Shown here: in pieces, positions 49,295-62,137 of the stretch | How positions within the stretch are numbered: position 1 is the first letter of the stretch | Layout: every line of letters starts with the position of its first letter | Assembly: GCA_965178125.1 (NCBI GenBank) | Contig: OZ237736.1 | Location: 868,001-932,000 of the forward strand | Direction: 5' to 3' | Length of the DNA stretch: 64,000 bases | Source of the DNA: Bilabrum cf. latius | Lineage: Eukaryota | Translations under genes and position numbers: made by a program | Notes under the pieces: generated by a model | Database searches by the model: none | Told to the model about the DNA's origin: nothing | Seen by the model: the letters and a program-made list of their open reading frames with translations, nothing else

Positions 49295-52229
49295 TCACGC
49301 AGTCTCGGCCTTCCGCTCTGCCGAGGCACTTGCGCTCGCAGCCCCCGCACCCCCGCCGGTTGGCAGTTCCTGCCCATCGGCCAGCACGGGAGCTGCCGCC
49401 GCCGTACCCCCTACCTCCCCTCGCAGCTTCTTGGAGGTCTCACCCCCTGCTCCCGAATCGGAAGACTCCGAAGAGCTCCTGCGCCCCTCCAGCCGCCTCT
49501 GCGCCGCCCGCAGCCGCGCGCCGGCCTCCTCCATCAGGACAACCTTGACCTTCTGCACAGCCTCCCCGATGTCATCCTCCCTCACTACCAGGCTCAGCAG
49601 CTCGGCGCTCGGGGGCTCCATGGGTCCAGACGGGCCCGCGTCGTCACCGTCGCCGAACGACTCGCTCTGTGCATGGCTGATCGCGTCGCTGTTGGTCCTC
49701 CTGCGGCGGGCTTGCGACGCCTCGTATTCCGTCTCCGTCTCGCCCGACTTAGTCGGCTCCCCGTCGCAGCAGCCCGCGCAAGGGCACTGGTCCAGCGGAT
49801 TGTTCACGCCGCAGGGGTACTTGCAGTTCCACAGCGAAGGTTCGTTGGCCTTCTTTGCCCTGGCCTCGTAGCTGTGTGCGTACCTCTCGTTGTCGGTCAA
49901 CCTATCCCTCACGGGGCCCCTCACGCAGGCAAGGAACAGAGTGGGCACCTTGAGTGGGACCACCTTCAGCAGAGAGAGGCGCGCCTCCGCTGCCTGGCGA
50001 TCTTGGAAGAACAGCGAGTCCGTGTCCGGGTCGTGGATGTCAACCAGCGCCCGCTTCTGGTTTGCCGTGAGCTCCGTCTGCCCCAGCGAGATGGTCAGCT
50101 CTGCCACCTCGGCTTCCAGTCTCTTGGCGGCAGCAGCGCACGTGTGCTGCGAGGCGCGCACAGACAGGGCCCCACCGCCCGCCGAAGCGCTAGCGTGCTT
50201 GTCGTCTGCGATGCTCGCCTCGTGCTCCCCCTCGGCCAAGGAATGCGACCTCGCCGCACCCGCGCTGCCAGACCCTCGCTCCACACCGTGCAGCTGCTGG
50301 TCCTCCCCAGCCGTGTGCCCCTGCCCCGCGTCCATCTGCGCAATCGCAGACCGCAGGACCTGGATTCTCTTGTCCCTTCGCCGCTTCGCGCCCTTCATGA
50401 GCTCCTTGGGCACTGCCTCCAGCCCATGGACGGCAGAGGAATCCAAGGTGGTCATCGCCGAGCAATCCAGCACCACGGCCTCCGGCGCCAGGTGGCCCGC
50501 TGGCGGCTGGGACAGCTTCACGACTAGCTCCTTGAAGAAGACGGCATTGGCGAAGAACATCTGCGCGTCGAAGCGGACGACCACGAGGCCAGCTTCCTCC
50601 TGTGGTGCACCACCGAAGCGGTTCACGTTGCGCCACGTGTCGGTTCCCGGCAGCTTGCCCAGTCTAGCAACGTGCGGCTGGGCCGCCTCCTTTAGGAGCC
50701 TCACGATGGAGATGCCGGCACCCACCAAGATGCCCACCTCGATCCCCAGCACGATGGTGCAGACGAAAGTCACAATATAGACGAAGAAGTCGGACTTGTC
50801 CACCGCCCACAGCATCCGGGGCGTCTCGAAGTCGAAGAGCTTGGTGACGGCGAACAGAATCAGCGTCGCAAGTGTGGCAGACGGCAGGTTGTAGAAGAGG
50901 GGCGTCAGGAACAGCACAGCGATAGTCAGGATGATGGCTGACACTGTTGAGCTGAGGGGCGTCTTGGCGCCCGCGTCCGCGTTCACGGACGTGCGGGAGA
51001 AACCGCCCGTGGTCGGGAATCCGCTGAAGAAGCATCCGAATAGGTTGGCGGCGCCGAGGCCCACGAGCTCCTAGTTCGAATCCACGTCGTTGTTGTACCT
51101 CAGCGCCATGGCCTTCGCAACTGAGATGGACTCCATGTACCCCACAACCGCGATCAGGAACCCGCTGGGCAGGAGCTGCGTGAAGTCAGACCCGAAGTCC
51201 CCATCCAGGATGTTGGTGGCCCCGGGCAGCCCGCTGGGCACGTCGCCCACAACAGAGACGCCCTCGTCCTCGAGGTTGAGCCCTGCCGCGATGGCGATGT
51301 TGACGACCACAACGATGAGGGCGTTGGGGATGGCGTTGAGAATCCGGTCGTAGGTCTTGCTCTCGTCCTATTTGACCACGGGCAGGCTCTTGAGGAACGT
51401 CTTGAGGTACTTGAGGAGGTAGAACATGGCCAGGTTCTCGATCGAGATCACAAAGGTGAGCATGTGCGTGTCGCCCAGGTTGGCCGCCACGTCGTACCAC
51501 GTCTCGTAAACGTACTCGTGCCTCGGAATCTTCAGCCCAAATACCTTGGACAGCTAAGAGCTCCCGATGATGATGGCTGCTGCCACGGTGAAGCCTTTGA
51601 GCACCGGATGGGACAAGAAGTTGACGAGGTACCCGGCGTGCACGAGGCCCATCACTAGCTGCACCAAGCCGACCACGAACGACAGCTTAAACGCCAAGTT
51701 CTGGTATCGCTCTGCATCGTCATCAGGGTCAACTCCCAATGCTGTGATACTCGCTGTCGTCAGGACGCTCATGAGAGCTACAGGGCCTACGGCCAGCTGA
51801 GGGCTGGTGCTGAAGATTGGGTATATGTACAGCGACATGATCGAAGCATACAGCCCTGTAATTGGCGGCATAGATGCTAATGACGCGTATGCCATGCCTT
51901 GTGGAATCAGCATGACTGAGAGGCTAGTTTGGAGCACAACAGCAGAATTGGGAAGTGTCAGCTGGCCAGTGTACTGCGCTCAATCAGTCGTAAACGCCGC
52001 CCTACCCTCGCGAATCGGGACTTCTATAGTAATCAATCTCACCAGCGACAACAAGGCCCGAACTGAGGTCGCCAGACAGGCTCCCAACGAAATCGCTCGC
52101 ATAGGAAGTGCTCAGCCATCGGTGGATCTCGACGCGAGGCACATAGGACCATATGTCAAACGGCTCTACCAAATCATTTCTTGGTATTCTATTTGATCTA
52201 TCCTCGGTATTGACTGTCTGTTGAGACAT
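49295..52229 (-). CDS. SulP/SLC26 sulfate-anion transporter with STAS domain
   Basis: GDLSSGLVVA/VMLIPQGMAYA, GLY, LAVGPVAL, FLSHPVLKGF, SS*L, ESISVAK, DSN*ELVGLGAAN, TGGFSRT.VN..AGAKT, RFDAQMFFAN, LDSSA. Intron 51916-52042; ends TGA. Confidence 0.95.
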
Positions 52230-52574
52230 AGCTTAACTGTGCTGTGACTGTGATTCCCAAGTGAAACTGATGCAGCTGACAAATACAGATTCAGATTTGA
52301 AACCACACGCAACCACTGTCTGAGCGCTTGCTCAGCGCCGGGCGGCCAAAGAGGCTCGCTCAGGACTTGTAACCGCGAACAGCATTATCCAGGTGCACCA
52401 AGCCTGCAGCGCGAATGAAGCACTCTGCTAAATAAGAAGCAGCTTCTGCCTCTACATCTGGTTGGTATGAGCCGTTCAACAAGTTGCAGCTGCCATGACA
52501 GTGATGTCGCACTTTGCAGTCAGCATCGGCCGATGCACCGTGATTCAGGAACCCTCGAGGCTTGATCACTGATG

Positions 52575-55500
52575 TCAAGTGATACGAGAGGTACGCCTAG
52601 CCGCCGACAGAACTGCTGGTGTCTCTGGGGGCGGCGTCCTCCCCAGCCGGATGGCTGCACCCCCAGGGGTGCTCCGGCCTGACTCTGAGCCCAGGAACGG
52701 AGACTCTAGCTCGGAAGCCCGGTGAATAATGGGAGACAAGATCAGCGGCCTCGGACCAGGCACTCTCTCTAGCAGCTTGACAACACCGTCGGCCTCCAGC
52801 AGCCCTGCGGCAAGGATCAACTGCCTAGTTGCGTCGTGTTGCTGCACCACTGCCGATAGCGTCCTGCCCTCGATCGCTCTGAGCTTGAGCTTCCAGGCCC
52901 TCCTCTCGTCCTTGAGTACCTCCAGTTTTTTCTCTATCGAAGTCCTAGCGTTCTATCTCTCGAAACTGCGAGACTGATGGAAGGCGATCTGGCGCTCCAA
53001 TCGCCGCAGCCTTTGAACCAGCTTTTCGTCGATGGGAGGGGCTTCTCCCGGCTCGAGCCGTGCCTCCATCTGCTTCTGCCCCTACAAGTTGGCCTTGAGC
53101 TCCTCCTTGAGGGACCTTAGGGCGCCTTGATCGTTTCCATAGCCAGCGATGGTGTCCACCAGATCGCGACGCTTCTCGTACAACTGCCGAGAGGCGGCAT
53201 CGATCCTGCTCCTAAGCGTGCTGGCCTCCTGCATGGCAGCCCGTAGTTCCTTCAGCATGCGGTTCTCTTCGTGCGATACTTCTGAGGCTGCCTCTGCAAC
53301 CTGTACCCCAAGCCCGTCACTATCGGCATCGCGATTTTCACTGCCTGCCGCACCGTCACTACCGTCACTGGCGGCGTGTTGCTTCCTCTGCACCGCTCTT
53401 AGCTCATTTGTAACGCAAAGTTCCTTGGATACTCGACCAAGCAGGTACTCCAATTCTCTCGCTCGCTCTGCAGCCACCTCAGTCCTTGCTTTCAGCACCT
53501 CTGTATCCTAGTCGTAGCGCCGCCGAAGATGCCGAATGCGACCCCACAGCTCTGCCTTAACGTCACGCATGACCGTCAGGTGCAAGCCCGCGTACTTCAT
53601 CGCCGCCATGAACAGGCGTGCCCGAAGTGCAGTGCCACACTGTCGCACGTGTTTGAGCTCAAGCTTGCAGGCAACGAGCTACCTGTCCAGATCTGCAGCG
53701 TTATCTCTGTGCAGGTCAGCCTCTGTGACAAGGCTGTCACACTGACCACGCAGCACATTCACTTCTACTTCCAGAGACCTCACTCTCTCAGAAGCCTTCA
53801 GCGCCACCACTTTCATCTCTTTCCTCATCTCTTGGGCATGCCTTGCCTTGAGGGCTTCCTTCATCGCCTGCTGCTGCTCCTTGGATGCTTGCTTGAGTCG
53901 TTTGATGGCATCTGCCCTTGACTTTCGCTCCCTCTCCAACATCTTCTCAGTGCTTGCAGTCGTCTTCTCCAGCTGCTCTAGGCGCATTGCCTCGGATACA
54001 CGCATGGTCTCCTGTGTCCCCTGCTCTCGCCCCTCAGCTCTTCCCTGCTCAAGCCCTTCCTGGAACGCATGGTCCGCCTGCATACCAGACCGTGCTTCCG
54101 CAGCAGCATGTGTGGCAGCTTGACGCTCAACAGCCACTCGGTCCTCTTGGGACATGAGTGCCAGCTCTAGAGCGGGAGCGGCGCTGCGAATTGTGGCAGA
54201 AAGAAAGCCTGAGTCGGGCATTCTACTCGTGTGGACCAGGTGAACCTCGCACAAGACGTCTGATGCACCGCGCTCGGCGCCCGATCGATCAGTCTGGGTG
54301 CCGGATGAGATCTACTCGGTTGTCTCTGCCGCAGTTTTCAGTCGCCTCAGCTCGCATTCGAGCGCAAACTGCTCCTTGCTTGCAGCTGTGGCTCTCTCCT
54401 CGAATACCTTGGTCACCTACGTGATCCTGTCTTGGAAGCGTCGACGCGCGTCTTTCATGGCCTGCTGGTGGGACACGGACAGACTGGCCTCGCACTACAA
54501 CTTGGTGGTTTCTGCCACAAGTTCTCGCTCCCGCACCATGTCTACTTGAAGCTGCGCCACCAGGTCCTGCATCCGTTGAGCCATGGCTCCTAGCTCGTCG
54601 CCATGTCTCTTTGCCATGGAGTCCAAGGCAGACTGATGAACCATAGGAGTCCCTTCACGCGCGTCACTTGCAGCTCTGACCGCACTTGCAATGTCTTGCG
54701 CATTGCGCAACTTGTTCATGCATGACCTCAGCTTGCCCTTGGTGCTCCGAAGCTCTGCCTCACACGCGCTGCGGCCCTGCTTTCGAGCATCGCGATCAAT
54801 CCTGTCCAGCCGGGCTTGGACGTGCTGTTTCTCCCTCGCAAGTGCAATGGCATGGTCCGATTCGAGCTCAGCCCTGGCAGTCTCGTATGCGTGCCGCCTC
54901 GCTCGGCCAACGTGCTCCTGGAGCCTGGCTTCAAAGTTCGCCTTCATTTCGGCTGCTTCTCTCGACATCCGTCCGCTCAGCTCTTTTTCGGAAGCTTCGC
55001 GGAGCTGCCATCGGTCCTGCTCCAGCAGAAACTGCGAGGCGCGGACTAGGGCCTGCTGTTGCTTGATGGCTTGGAGCTGCTGCTCAAGCTGACTCGAAGC
55101 TTCTTGCGCTACAGCGCTGACGCTGTGACCTGCAGCTACGTGGCTTACCTAGTCATCGCTGGAGTCCATGCCGGATGCAAGGGATACTCGGCTAGATGTT
55201 CCAGCAATACTGTGGCGGCGTTTCCGCGGGCCTGCATCCAGCGTGGTGCTGCTCGAACTAACGCTGCTTCGATGTCCAGCACTGCCAGCATTCGCGGCAA
55301 CCGAGCGCAGGCACGACAGGGCAACCTTGACGAACATGCCCACCTGTGCGGGCTGCACAGAACATGCCGTTGAATTGAACTCCGTCTTCATAGCCCTCAG
55401 CTCATTGCTGTGCCTCTTGTCCCTTGCTCCTCTGTTGAACGCCCGCCAGCCGGCCTACAGCAGCCTGCCTCGATCGGTTGCTCGCCGGCCTCGCTCGACC

Positions 55501-57629
55501 AGCTGCAGCATGTGAAGAAACCGAAGAGCTACCACCTTCCTATGCTGGGAGCTGGCATGCTCACGGGTGTTGCCTATCGAGACGTCGGACTCATTGCCCC
55601 GGTTCTCGACTTCTGCATCACTGCAGTTGTCATCACGCGGCCGGCTGTCTAACCGGGATAGGGCACCCTCAAGCACATCGATGGCTCGCTACATGTCCTC
55701 ATTCTTAGACATGAGCTCCTCGCATTTGCTCCTCCACGCATCTCTATCTACTGTTAGTGCAGTAAGCCTATCGAGGTGAGTTGCTGATTGCTCTGCAGCG
55801 TCCGCTGCCTCCCTTCGCAGCTTGCTCAGTTCCGCCGTGCGGTCCAGTCGGAGCTTGCCCAGCTGCTACTAGGCCTCTTGCGTCCTCTTCTGCTGCTCGT
55901 GCAGAGAAGCTTGCATATTGCGGCACTTGGTCTGTTCCTCTGCCAGTTTCTTCAGCAGGCTGGTCTCTGTGCTGCGCACGGCCTCGCGTGCCTCCTTCAC
56001 CTCATCCTGCAGTTCCTGCCGCGCAGCGGTGAGCTCCCTGCTGTGCTGCGAGCGCGCATCTATCGCGTGCACCTTGACTTGACTTAGCTGCTCGATCGCG
56101 TTATCCCTCTCCTGCTGGCACTTTTGCAGGACTGCCATCATTTCAGCTAGGGCTGGGTCTGCGACCTGCTGCCCACGACTGGCGGCATCTGAGTCCTCAG
56201 CTGAAGCCTCGACTGCTACAGAATTGGGATCCCCGCTTTTGGACTTAAGCTGGTAAATCTCACTAGTTTTGGTGGCCAGATCCTTAGCTAGACTTTCATG
56301 CTTGTGGCGCATTTCATCGGCTTGGGCCTCAAGCCGGGCTACCTTTGACTCGAGCATGTGCACTTCAGCTGCTTGTGACTCTCGGCTCTGCTCCATCCGC
56401 TCGTGCACTTGAGCTGCCTCCGCATGAATCCTCGCTGCGGTCTCGTGGCTCGTGCGTCTTTCGATATCAGACCGCATGCTTGCTTCCTCAAGCGCAGACA
56501 GAGAATCCTCGTGGAGCATCTTGGCGCGGTCGAGATCCCGCGCTCGTGTAGTTGCCTGGCGCTCTGCCTGCCTCTTTGCATGATCCAGCTCCAATTTCAG
56601 CTATTTTAGCTCCCTTCTAGCATTTTCGAGCTCTACAATTCTGATGCTAGTGTCTGCAGTTGTGCCTCGCGCAGCCTCACCGGACCCGGCAGCTGAACCA
56701 GCACCAGGGCGAGACTTTGTCTTGTTCGGCTGGACCAGTTGATCTCCACGGGCGGCCTGCTCCGCTACTTTGAAAAGTTTTCCTCGCAGCTCCTGGGTTC
56801 GCCTTTCGCTTTCCAAACATCTCTTTTTCCAGGAGCTGAGCTGCTCTTCAGCCTGCGCAAGTCGTCGCTGAAGCCCACTGCGCACCCGCCCAATCGCTTC
56901 CTCCGCTGCTGATCTCTCAGTCGAGATCAATTTATTCAGCTCGTTCATTTGCCTCTTATGCATAGTCCCTTGGTCGTCCAGCCTTTGTTGCATGGAAACC
57001 AGTTCCCGCATAAGTCCAACCGCTGCTGTTGAAGGTTTGGCACTACCCTGCGCCGTCGTACTCCGTGACATTGGTCTGCCGCGAGATCTGCGAGCTCTGC
57101 TACGAGTACTAGCATGAAAATCATATTCCTGGGATGGTTCTGCGGAGATAGCTGGCAGTTCAGCGGCCGAACCACTAGTTGGCAACGAGCCACGGATCCG
57201 CAGGCTCGTCTCCGCTGCCGCAGAATTGCTGATGATGGCAAAGTCCTCCGAAACTTGCGATGCTGTACTGAAACCCTATTGTGGTGATGAGCTAGCTCCT
57301 TGCTGCTCGATGGCCTCAGCGCGTTGGTCGGCAATCGGGTCCTGGTGAGAATGTTCCGGAAGTGCTGGCAGAACACAGGCTTGCTTGGCTTCAGAATCAA
57401 CAGTCACGTCACCTTTGGTGAATTCTGTGGCATGATTTGTACGATCAGGCTTCAGTAAGCCCTGCCGGGTTCGCATTGACCAGGAAGCTGCCCTGCCAAG
57501 CACGTCTGCACCCGCATCGCTTGGCTCGCCGGATCCTTGCTCAGATGGATCCGCACGCCTAGAGCTACGTCCAGCACCCTTCAAACTACGAAGATATGGC
57601 GATGGCAGCATTATTGACTTGGTTGGCAT
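52575..57629 (-). CDS. Very long coiled-coil protein (~1,680 aa), function unknown
   Basis: Nine ORF pieces in one frame separated by TAG; heptad-rich E/R/A/L/Q composition; ends TGA 52575-52577. Confidence 0.75.
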
Positions 57630-57754
57630 GCTTCCAACCGAACAAACAGCGATGATCTGAGCGCGAGCCGTTGGGCCAAATATTTTGATTGTTGCGTGAT
57701 GTTTGGTAGCTCTCCTCGCTTTACGACGATTTGGGCCATTCTTCGTCGACTGTC

Positions 57755-58680
57755 ATGATGAATGTATTTAGATTTGTTGCTGATATGCTTCATTTAGCTA
57801 GTTTTGCCGTGCTATTGCTGTAGATGTTCCAGAATAGCAGTGCAAGAGGTGGGGATAACGACTGCAACACGGCACCTCCTTGGTCCTGTGCGAACCGCCT
57901 AGTTTGTGCTACAAGACCCTTTATTTTTGCCATACGATCGCAGGTCTAAGCAGAAAAACACAAGAGTTGTATCTGATCGTATTCTTGACACGGTACATCG
58001 ACTTGTTCTTCCATTTCGTGTCGCTGTACAATACAGTCATGAAGATGCTGTACATTGGGCTAACTGGATACACAGTGTATTTGATGACCGCCGACAAGAA
58101 ATTCTCTCGCACATATGATAAGGAGCACGATACATTCATGCATTGGAAGCTTGCGGTGCTTCCGTGCTTGGTCCTTGCTGTGGTATGGAATGAGGCTTGG
58201 TGGAACCTGACGGGCGTGTCAGGGCTACGGTGGTTCAAGTGGTGGACTGTTGAGTGGTTGTGGGCATTTAGCATTTTCTTAGAAGCTATTGCTATCTTCC
58301 CGCAGCTTATTGTACTGGAGCGAGGGCAAGACCTTACTAGCATCACTGGCCTGTACGTGCTGTGTCTGGGCAGCTACAGGGCCCTGTACATCGTAAATTG
58401 GATCTGGCGGTACTGGGCCGAAGGATACATCGACTATATTGCAGTGTTTGGCGGGGTGGTGCAGACGCTCTTGTACACCGATTTCTTTTACCGGTACTTC
58501 AAGGCGCTCAACGCCGGCTTGCCGGGAGCCAAGGAGAGGGCGCCGGGACAGGCTGCAAAGTTCGGGCTTAGCGTATTTCAGACGCTTTCTGCACTTGGAC
58601 GGACAGCTGTCAAGCAGGTTACCACTGCAGCAAAGCAGGTGGCGGCCAAGAAAGCGCCAGCTAGGGCGAGGCCAGACTGA
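57755..58680 (+). CDS. ERD2: ER lumen protein retaining receptor (KDEL/HDEL receptor)
   Basis: MMNVFRFVADMLHLASFAVLLL*M..G/LSRKTQELYLIVFLTRYIDLF, TYDKEHDTF, WAFSIFLEAIAIFPQL, LGSYRALYIVNWIWRY, GVVQTLLYTDFFY. Intron 57849-57943; ends TGA. Confidence 0.95.
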
Positions 58681-58827
58681 AGCAGGCAGGGAGCCATGCG
58701 TCTGACGGCCGTATAGCGGGGAGCTTAGAATTGTACCCTGCATCATCATTAGATTGTAGAGATATCATCGAGTCGATTAGACGATTTTTTTATAAAATTG
58801 AAATGATATTCCCATGAGTCTCACGCA

Positions 58828-61800
58828 TCAAAACAGTCCCTCAAGCCTAGCGCAGTCAGACACGCCAAGAGAGTCCACTTTGCCGCCACGTGCACCTAGC
58901 AGCCGCTACATCCCCTCTGCAGTGACCGCGTGCTGATGAGACAGGCGGAGAGTCCTGAGGGGCGCCCCTGCACCGACGATGGCATCGAGGCAGGCGTCGT
59001 TCACAGTATCCCCCTCGGGACTCGACCAAGCCGTTGCGGGCGCCGAATCATGCACACCATCCTTCACAACGAGCACACCCAGCTTGGTGCTCAGTCGCAG
59101 CACGTGCATCAGCTCGTTTGCGTGAATACCGGCGCACATGGCCAGCTGCAACGACTGGAGGTTTGCTGCCCTTGGCCTGATCGCTGCCAGCAGACCGCCA
59201 TGGGGAAGGGGTAGATAGCTCAACTGCAAGTCAAGAAGCGGCGCATGCTGAGAAGAAGGTCCCCCACCATGGCATACCGCGTGGCATTCGCATGCCGGTG
59301 CTTCAGATGCCCCCGCCCCTGACGCGGGGTCTGCGCCTACTTGGCCATCTGCTTGCTCTGTGGCATCAGTTTTGCTTTCTGAATCAGAAGCAGCCATTCC
59401 CAGCGAGCGCTCCAGCTGCACCTGATTGCGTATCTGCCCGCACGAAACCAAGCTGAGCACCCTATCTCTCGCCTGCTCCGTGTCGAACACCTCCTTCCGT
59501 CTCACCTACCCACGCGATGAATTCCAACGGAGCCTCTGGGTTCCTAGCGCCACGCCATTTCCGGTACCTGTCAACTCCACCGAGCCAAGGACAGGACACG
59601 TCTAGACCAGTGCTAGCCTGCAGTCCAGTGCACCGTGTGCCTTGAGGCTCCTCAGCGCTGGGGCACGCACACCTACCACGAGCCGGCGTTCCATCGGGCC
59701 CTCCTGGGACAACTTTTGTCGAGATGATTCCAGGCATCGCTCGGCAAACTGATTGAAAGATTCCGACTCTTGGGTTGGTTTGGACTAACCAGCATAAGCT
59801 GCCAATTCCCCAGACTCTACTGCACCATGCACCGATGCTGCAGTTGCAGCAGCCCCAGAGCTAGTACCAATATTTGCAGCGATGGAGCGCCCAGACTCGT
59901 CCATAGCACAAAGCTGGTCTTTCAATAACACCAACTCTTCTACAGCCTAGTCAGCCCGAACAGCAGCTGCATTGGCTCCGTTGGGGTCGGCACACCGCAA
60001 GGTGAGCTGCTCAAGGCTAGCGCTGTCTATGCAGGCGAAACCATCTGCAGCAGCAACAGCAGGCCTGTCATGAGATGAAGTGGTACTACCGCCATTTTGA
60101 TCAATGATACCCCCAGCTTCGACTAGCAGCCTGTCCATGTCGGCCCGCAGATCCTCCAGAGCCTCCACCAGTGGATCAGTGGTACGATCGACTGCTCCTG
60201 CGCTTGCGCCGCCGAGCCCGCTGTCCGCTGCCTGTGCCACGTCGAACAAACGAGTATCCTTGACCCGTTGCCTCTGTCTAGTATGCGAGTGGTCATGGCC
60301 ACTGCACATGGTGCGGGCCGAGTCCTCGCTTGCATGCACCTCGATGCCCGCATGCATGCGAACCCTGCGTGCCTCCTCGTTCTTGTACGCTGTGATAAGA
60401 TGGATGAGATCGCTCGCTGCACCTAGGAGCCTCTCAGCCGCTAAATGGACGCGATGTGGCGGCTGGATTACTGCAGAAAGCTACTACAAGCAGCGGCAGT
60501 GCTTGCTGATGGCAGCAAGCGTGTCTGCGTCTATGGACTGCTGCACATCCAGAACGAGTGCGCGCATGCTAGCCGGGGGATGCACAATGGCAATACCAGA
60601 GCGTCCGAAACACCCACAATACCCCAAGCACTGTGCTACTTCCTTCGGTTTCATGCGGTTGGGACCAATGCCGGCAATGACAGGGTCATGTGCCTGGCTT
60701 CCTGCGCCTGCTACGCCCGCAGCTGCATCATCGACCTCACCGCTCTCAAGAGTGTCCTCATAGTTGCTAAGCCGAAGCACCTGGGGGACAAAACGTGGGC
60801 TTGCAGTGCCGTGGTCTACCAAGCTCTCGCTAGATTGCCTGTCCAGTCGCTGTAGCTGGGCGTTGATTGGCTCGAACTCCCTGCTTCCCACCGGGTCCAT
60901 CCAACGAATGCCTCGCAGACCTACGCCGGACACTTCCACGGAATCACACCCATTCGGCAAGCACAGCCACAGCAAGCATTTTCTCTCCAAAACGTCGCAT
61001 ATCTTCTTGATACCTCTTGCAAAGCCACCGGGTGCACTCTTGCCCCCCAATGAGATACCCAAGGCTGCAGCAGTGCCGCCGTCACCCTCATCGTCTGCAG
61101 ACGTGTGCCGTGCCACGAAAGCTGCCAGGCCTTGCGACGCAAACTCGCTGGGGTCTGTGGATCGAATTATGCCTGCTACTTGGCCCAAATTCGTCTGCAG
61201 CTGCGGCCAAGCAAGATGAGCCTGCTTTAGGACCGGGCACGCCCTTAGGTCAACCACGAGGAGAGGGTCACTGGAGCTGTGCGCGTCAGTGTGGGCCGCC
61301 GTGGCAGCTGTGGACGGCATCCACAGTGAGCATGGGATGGAGCAGCAGCTCAGGTGCAGCACGTGCAAGTACTGCAGCGCAAGCCTGCCGACAGGCAGAT
61401 CAGTCGGCACATGGGCTAGCTGCTAGGCGAGCACTCCACTGCTCTATCGGGACGGCGCAGCAGCTCGCTCAACAATCTGCCTTGCGTTCGTCGGAACTTG
61501 CAAGCTCAAGCGCTCTAGGCATGGAAACGACATCAGAAGATCTGAAATAGCGGGCGGTGGATGGTGCTCGAGATCCTCCTCAGATGCCTCAGCAGGCGAG
61601 GCAGCGTCCTTCGGCTGGAGCAGGTAATACAAAGCTGACTGGCTAATGTTGAAGTCGAGCCTGCGAATTGCGTTACGACTCATTTTTGCAACGGATACGA
61701 GCTGCATGGCGTGCATAGCTGCTTCTAAGACCTGTCCATCCCGCCAACCGAGCCCGGCATCACACAAAATGGACTGGAGGGAAGCCTACCTGCTTGCGTC

Positions 61801-62043
61801 GTGCAGCGCATCAAATCGATTGTCTGCCCGAATTCCTAGGAACTCAATCACTTCTCTAGGTGTTGATCGCTTCCAAGGACTTTGCCTGGACAAATCTAGG
61901 CAGCCACACAAGGAAATTAGAAGCTGCCTTTGTGCTTCCGTAGCAAGGCTTTTGCTCAAGGTTCGAATCATTAGTTGCTCTCGCAAGCACAAGAATCGCT
62001 AAAAAAGGAACATCAAACCCAAATCTGCAAGCTTTTCTAGCAT
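58828..62043 (-). CDS. F-box-like / leucine-rich-repeat (FBXL-like) protein
   Basis: N-terminal MLEKLADLGLMFLF*RFLCLREQLMIRTLSKSL (F-box-like) and LRR-like units (FPCLERLSL, LQYLHVLHLSCC, LQSLQLAMC, LRTLRLSH). One frame through TAGs; ends TGA. Confidence 0.6.
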
Positions 62044-62137
62044 AGTGTCCTGTTAAGTGCGTCAAGCCAAAGCATCCTTTATCCAATCCGGAGCTGGAGA
62101 TATGGATGAACATTCTACGATATGATCGCATTTAGTC

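Noticed and set aside
49151-50527. Long antisense and alternate-frame ORFs (for example 49151..50527 +, 37295..38353 +, 40889..41923 +)
   Set aside because: Shadows of GC-rich coding sequence on the opposite strand, without protein-family motifs.
57821-57823. TAG in ERD2 aligns to a usually conserved Lys (LLLKI); ETHE1 30571 aligns to a usual Glu
   Set aside because: Single sites where K>Q or E>Q is an ordinary substitution; outweighed by the Gln-specific sites, but noted as non-supporting.
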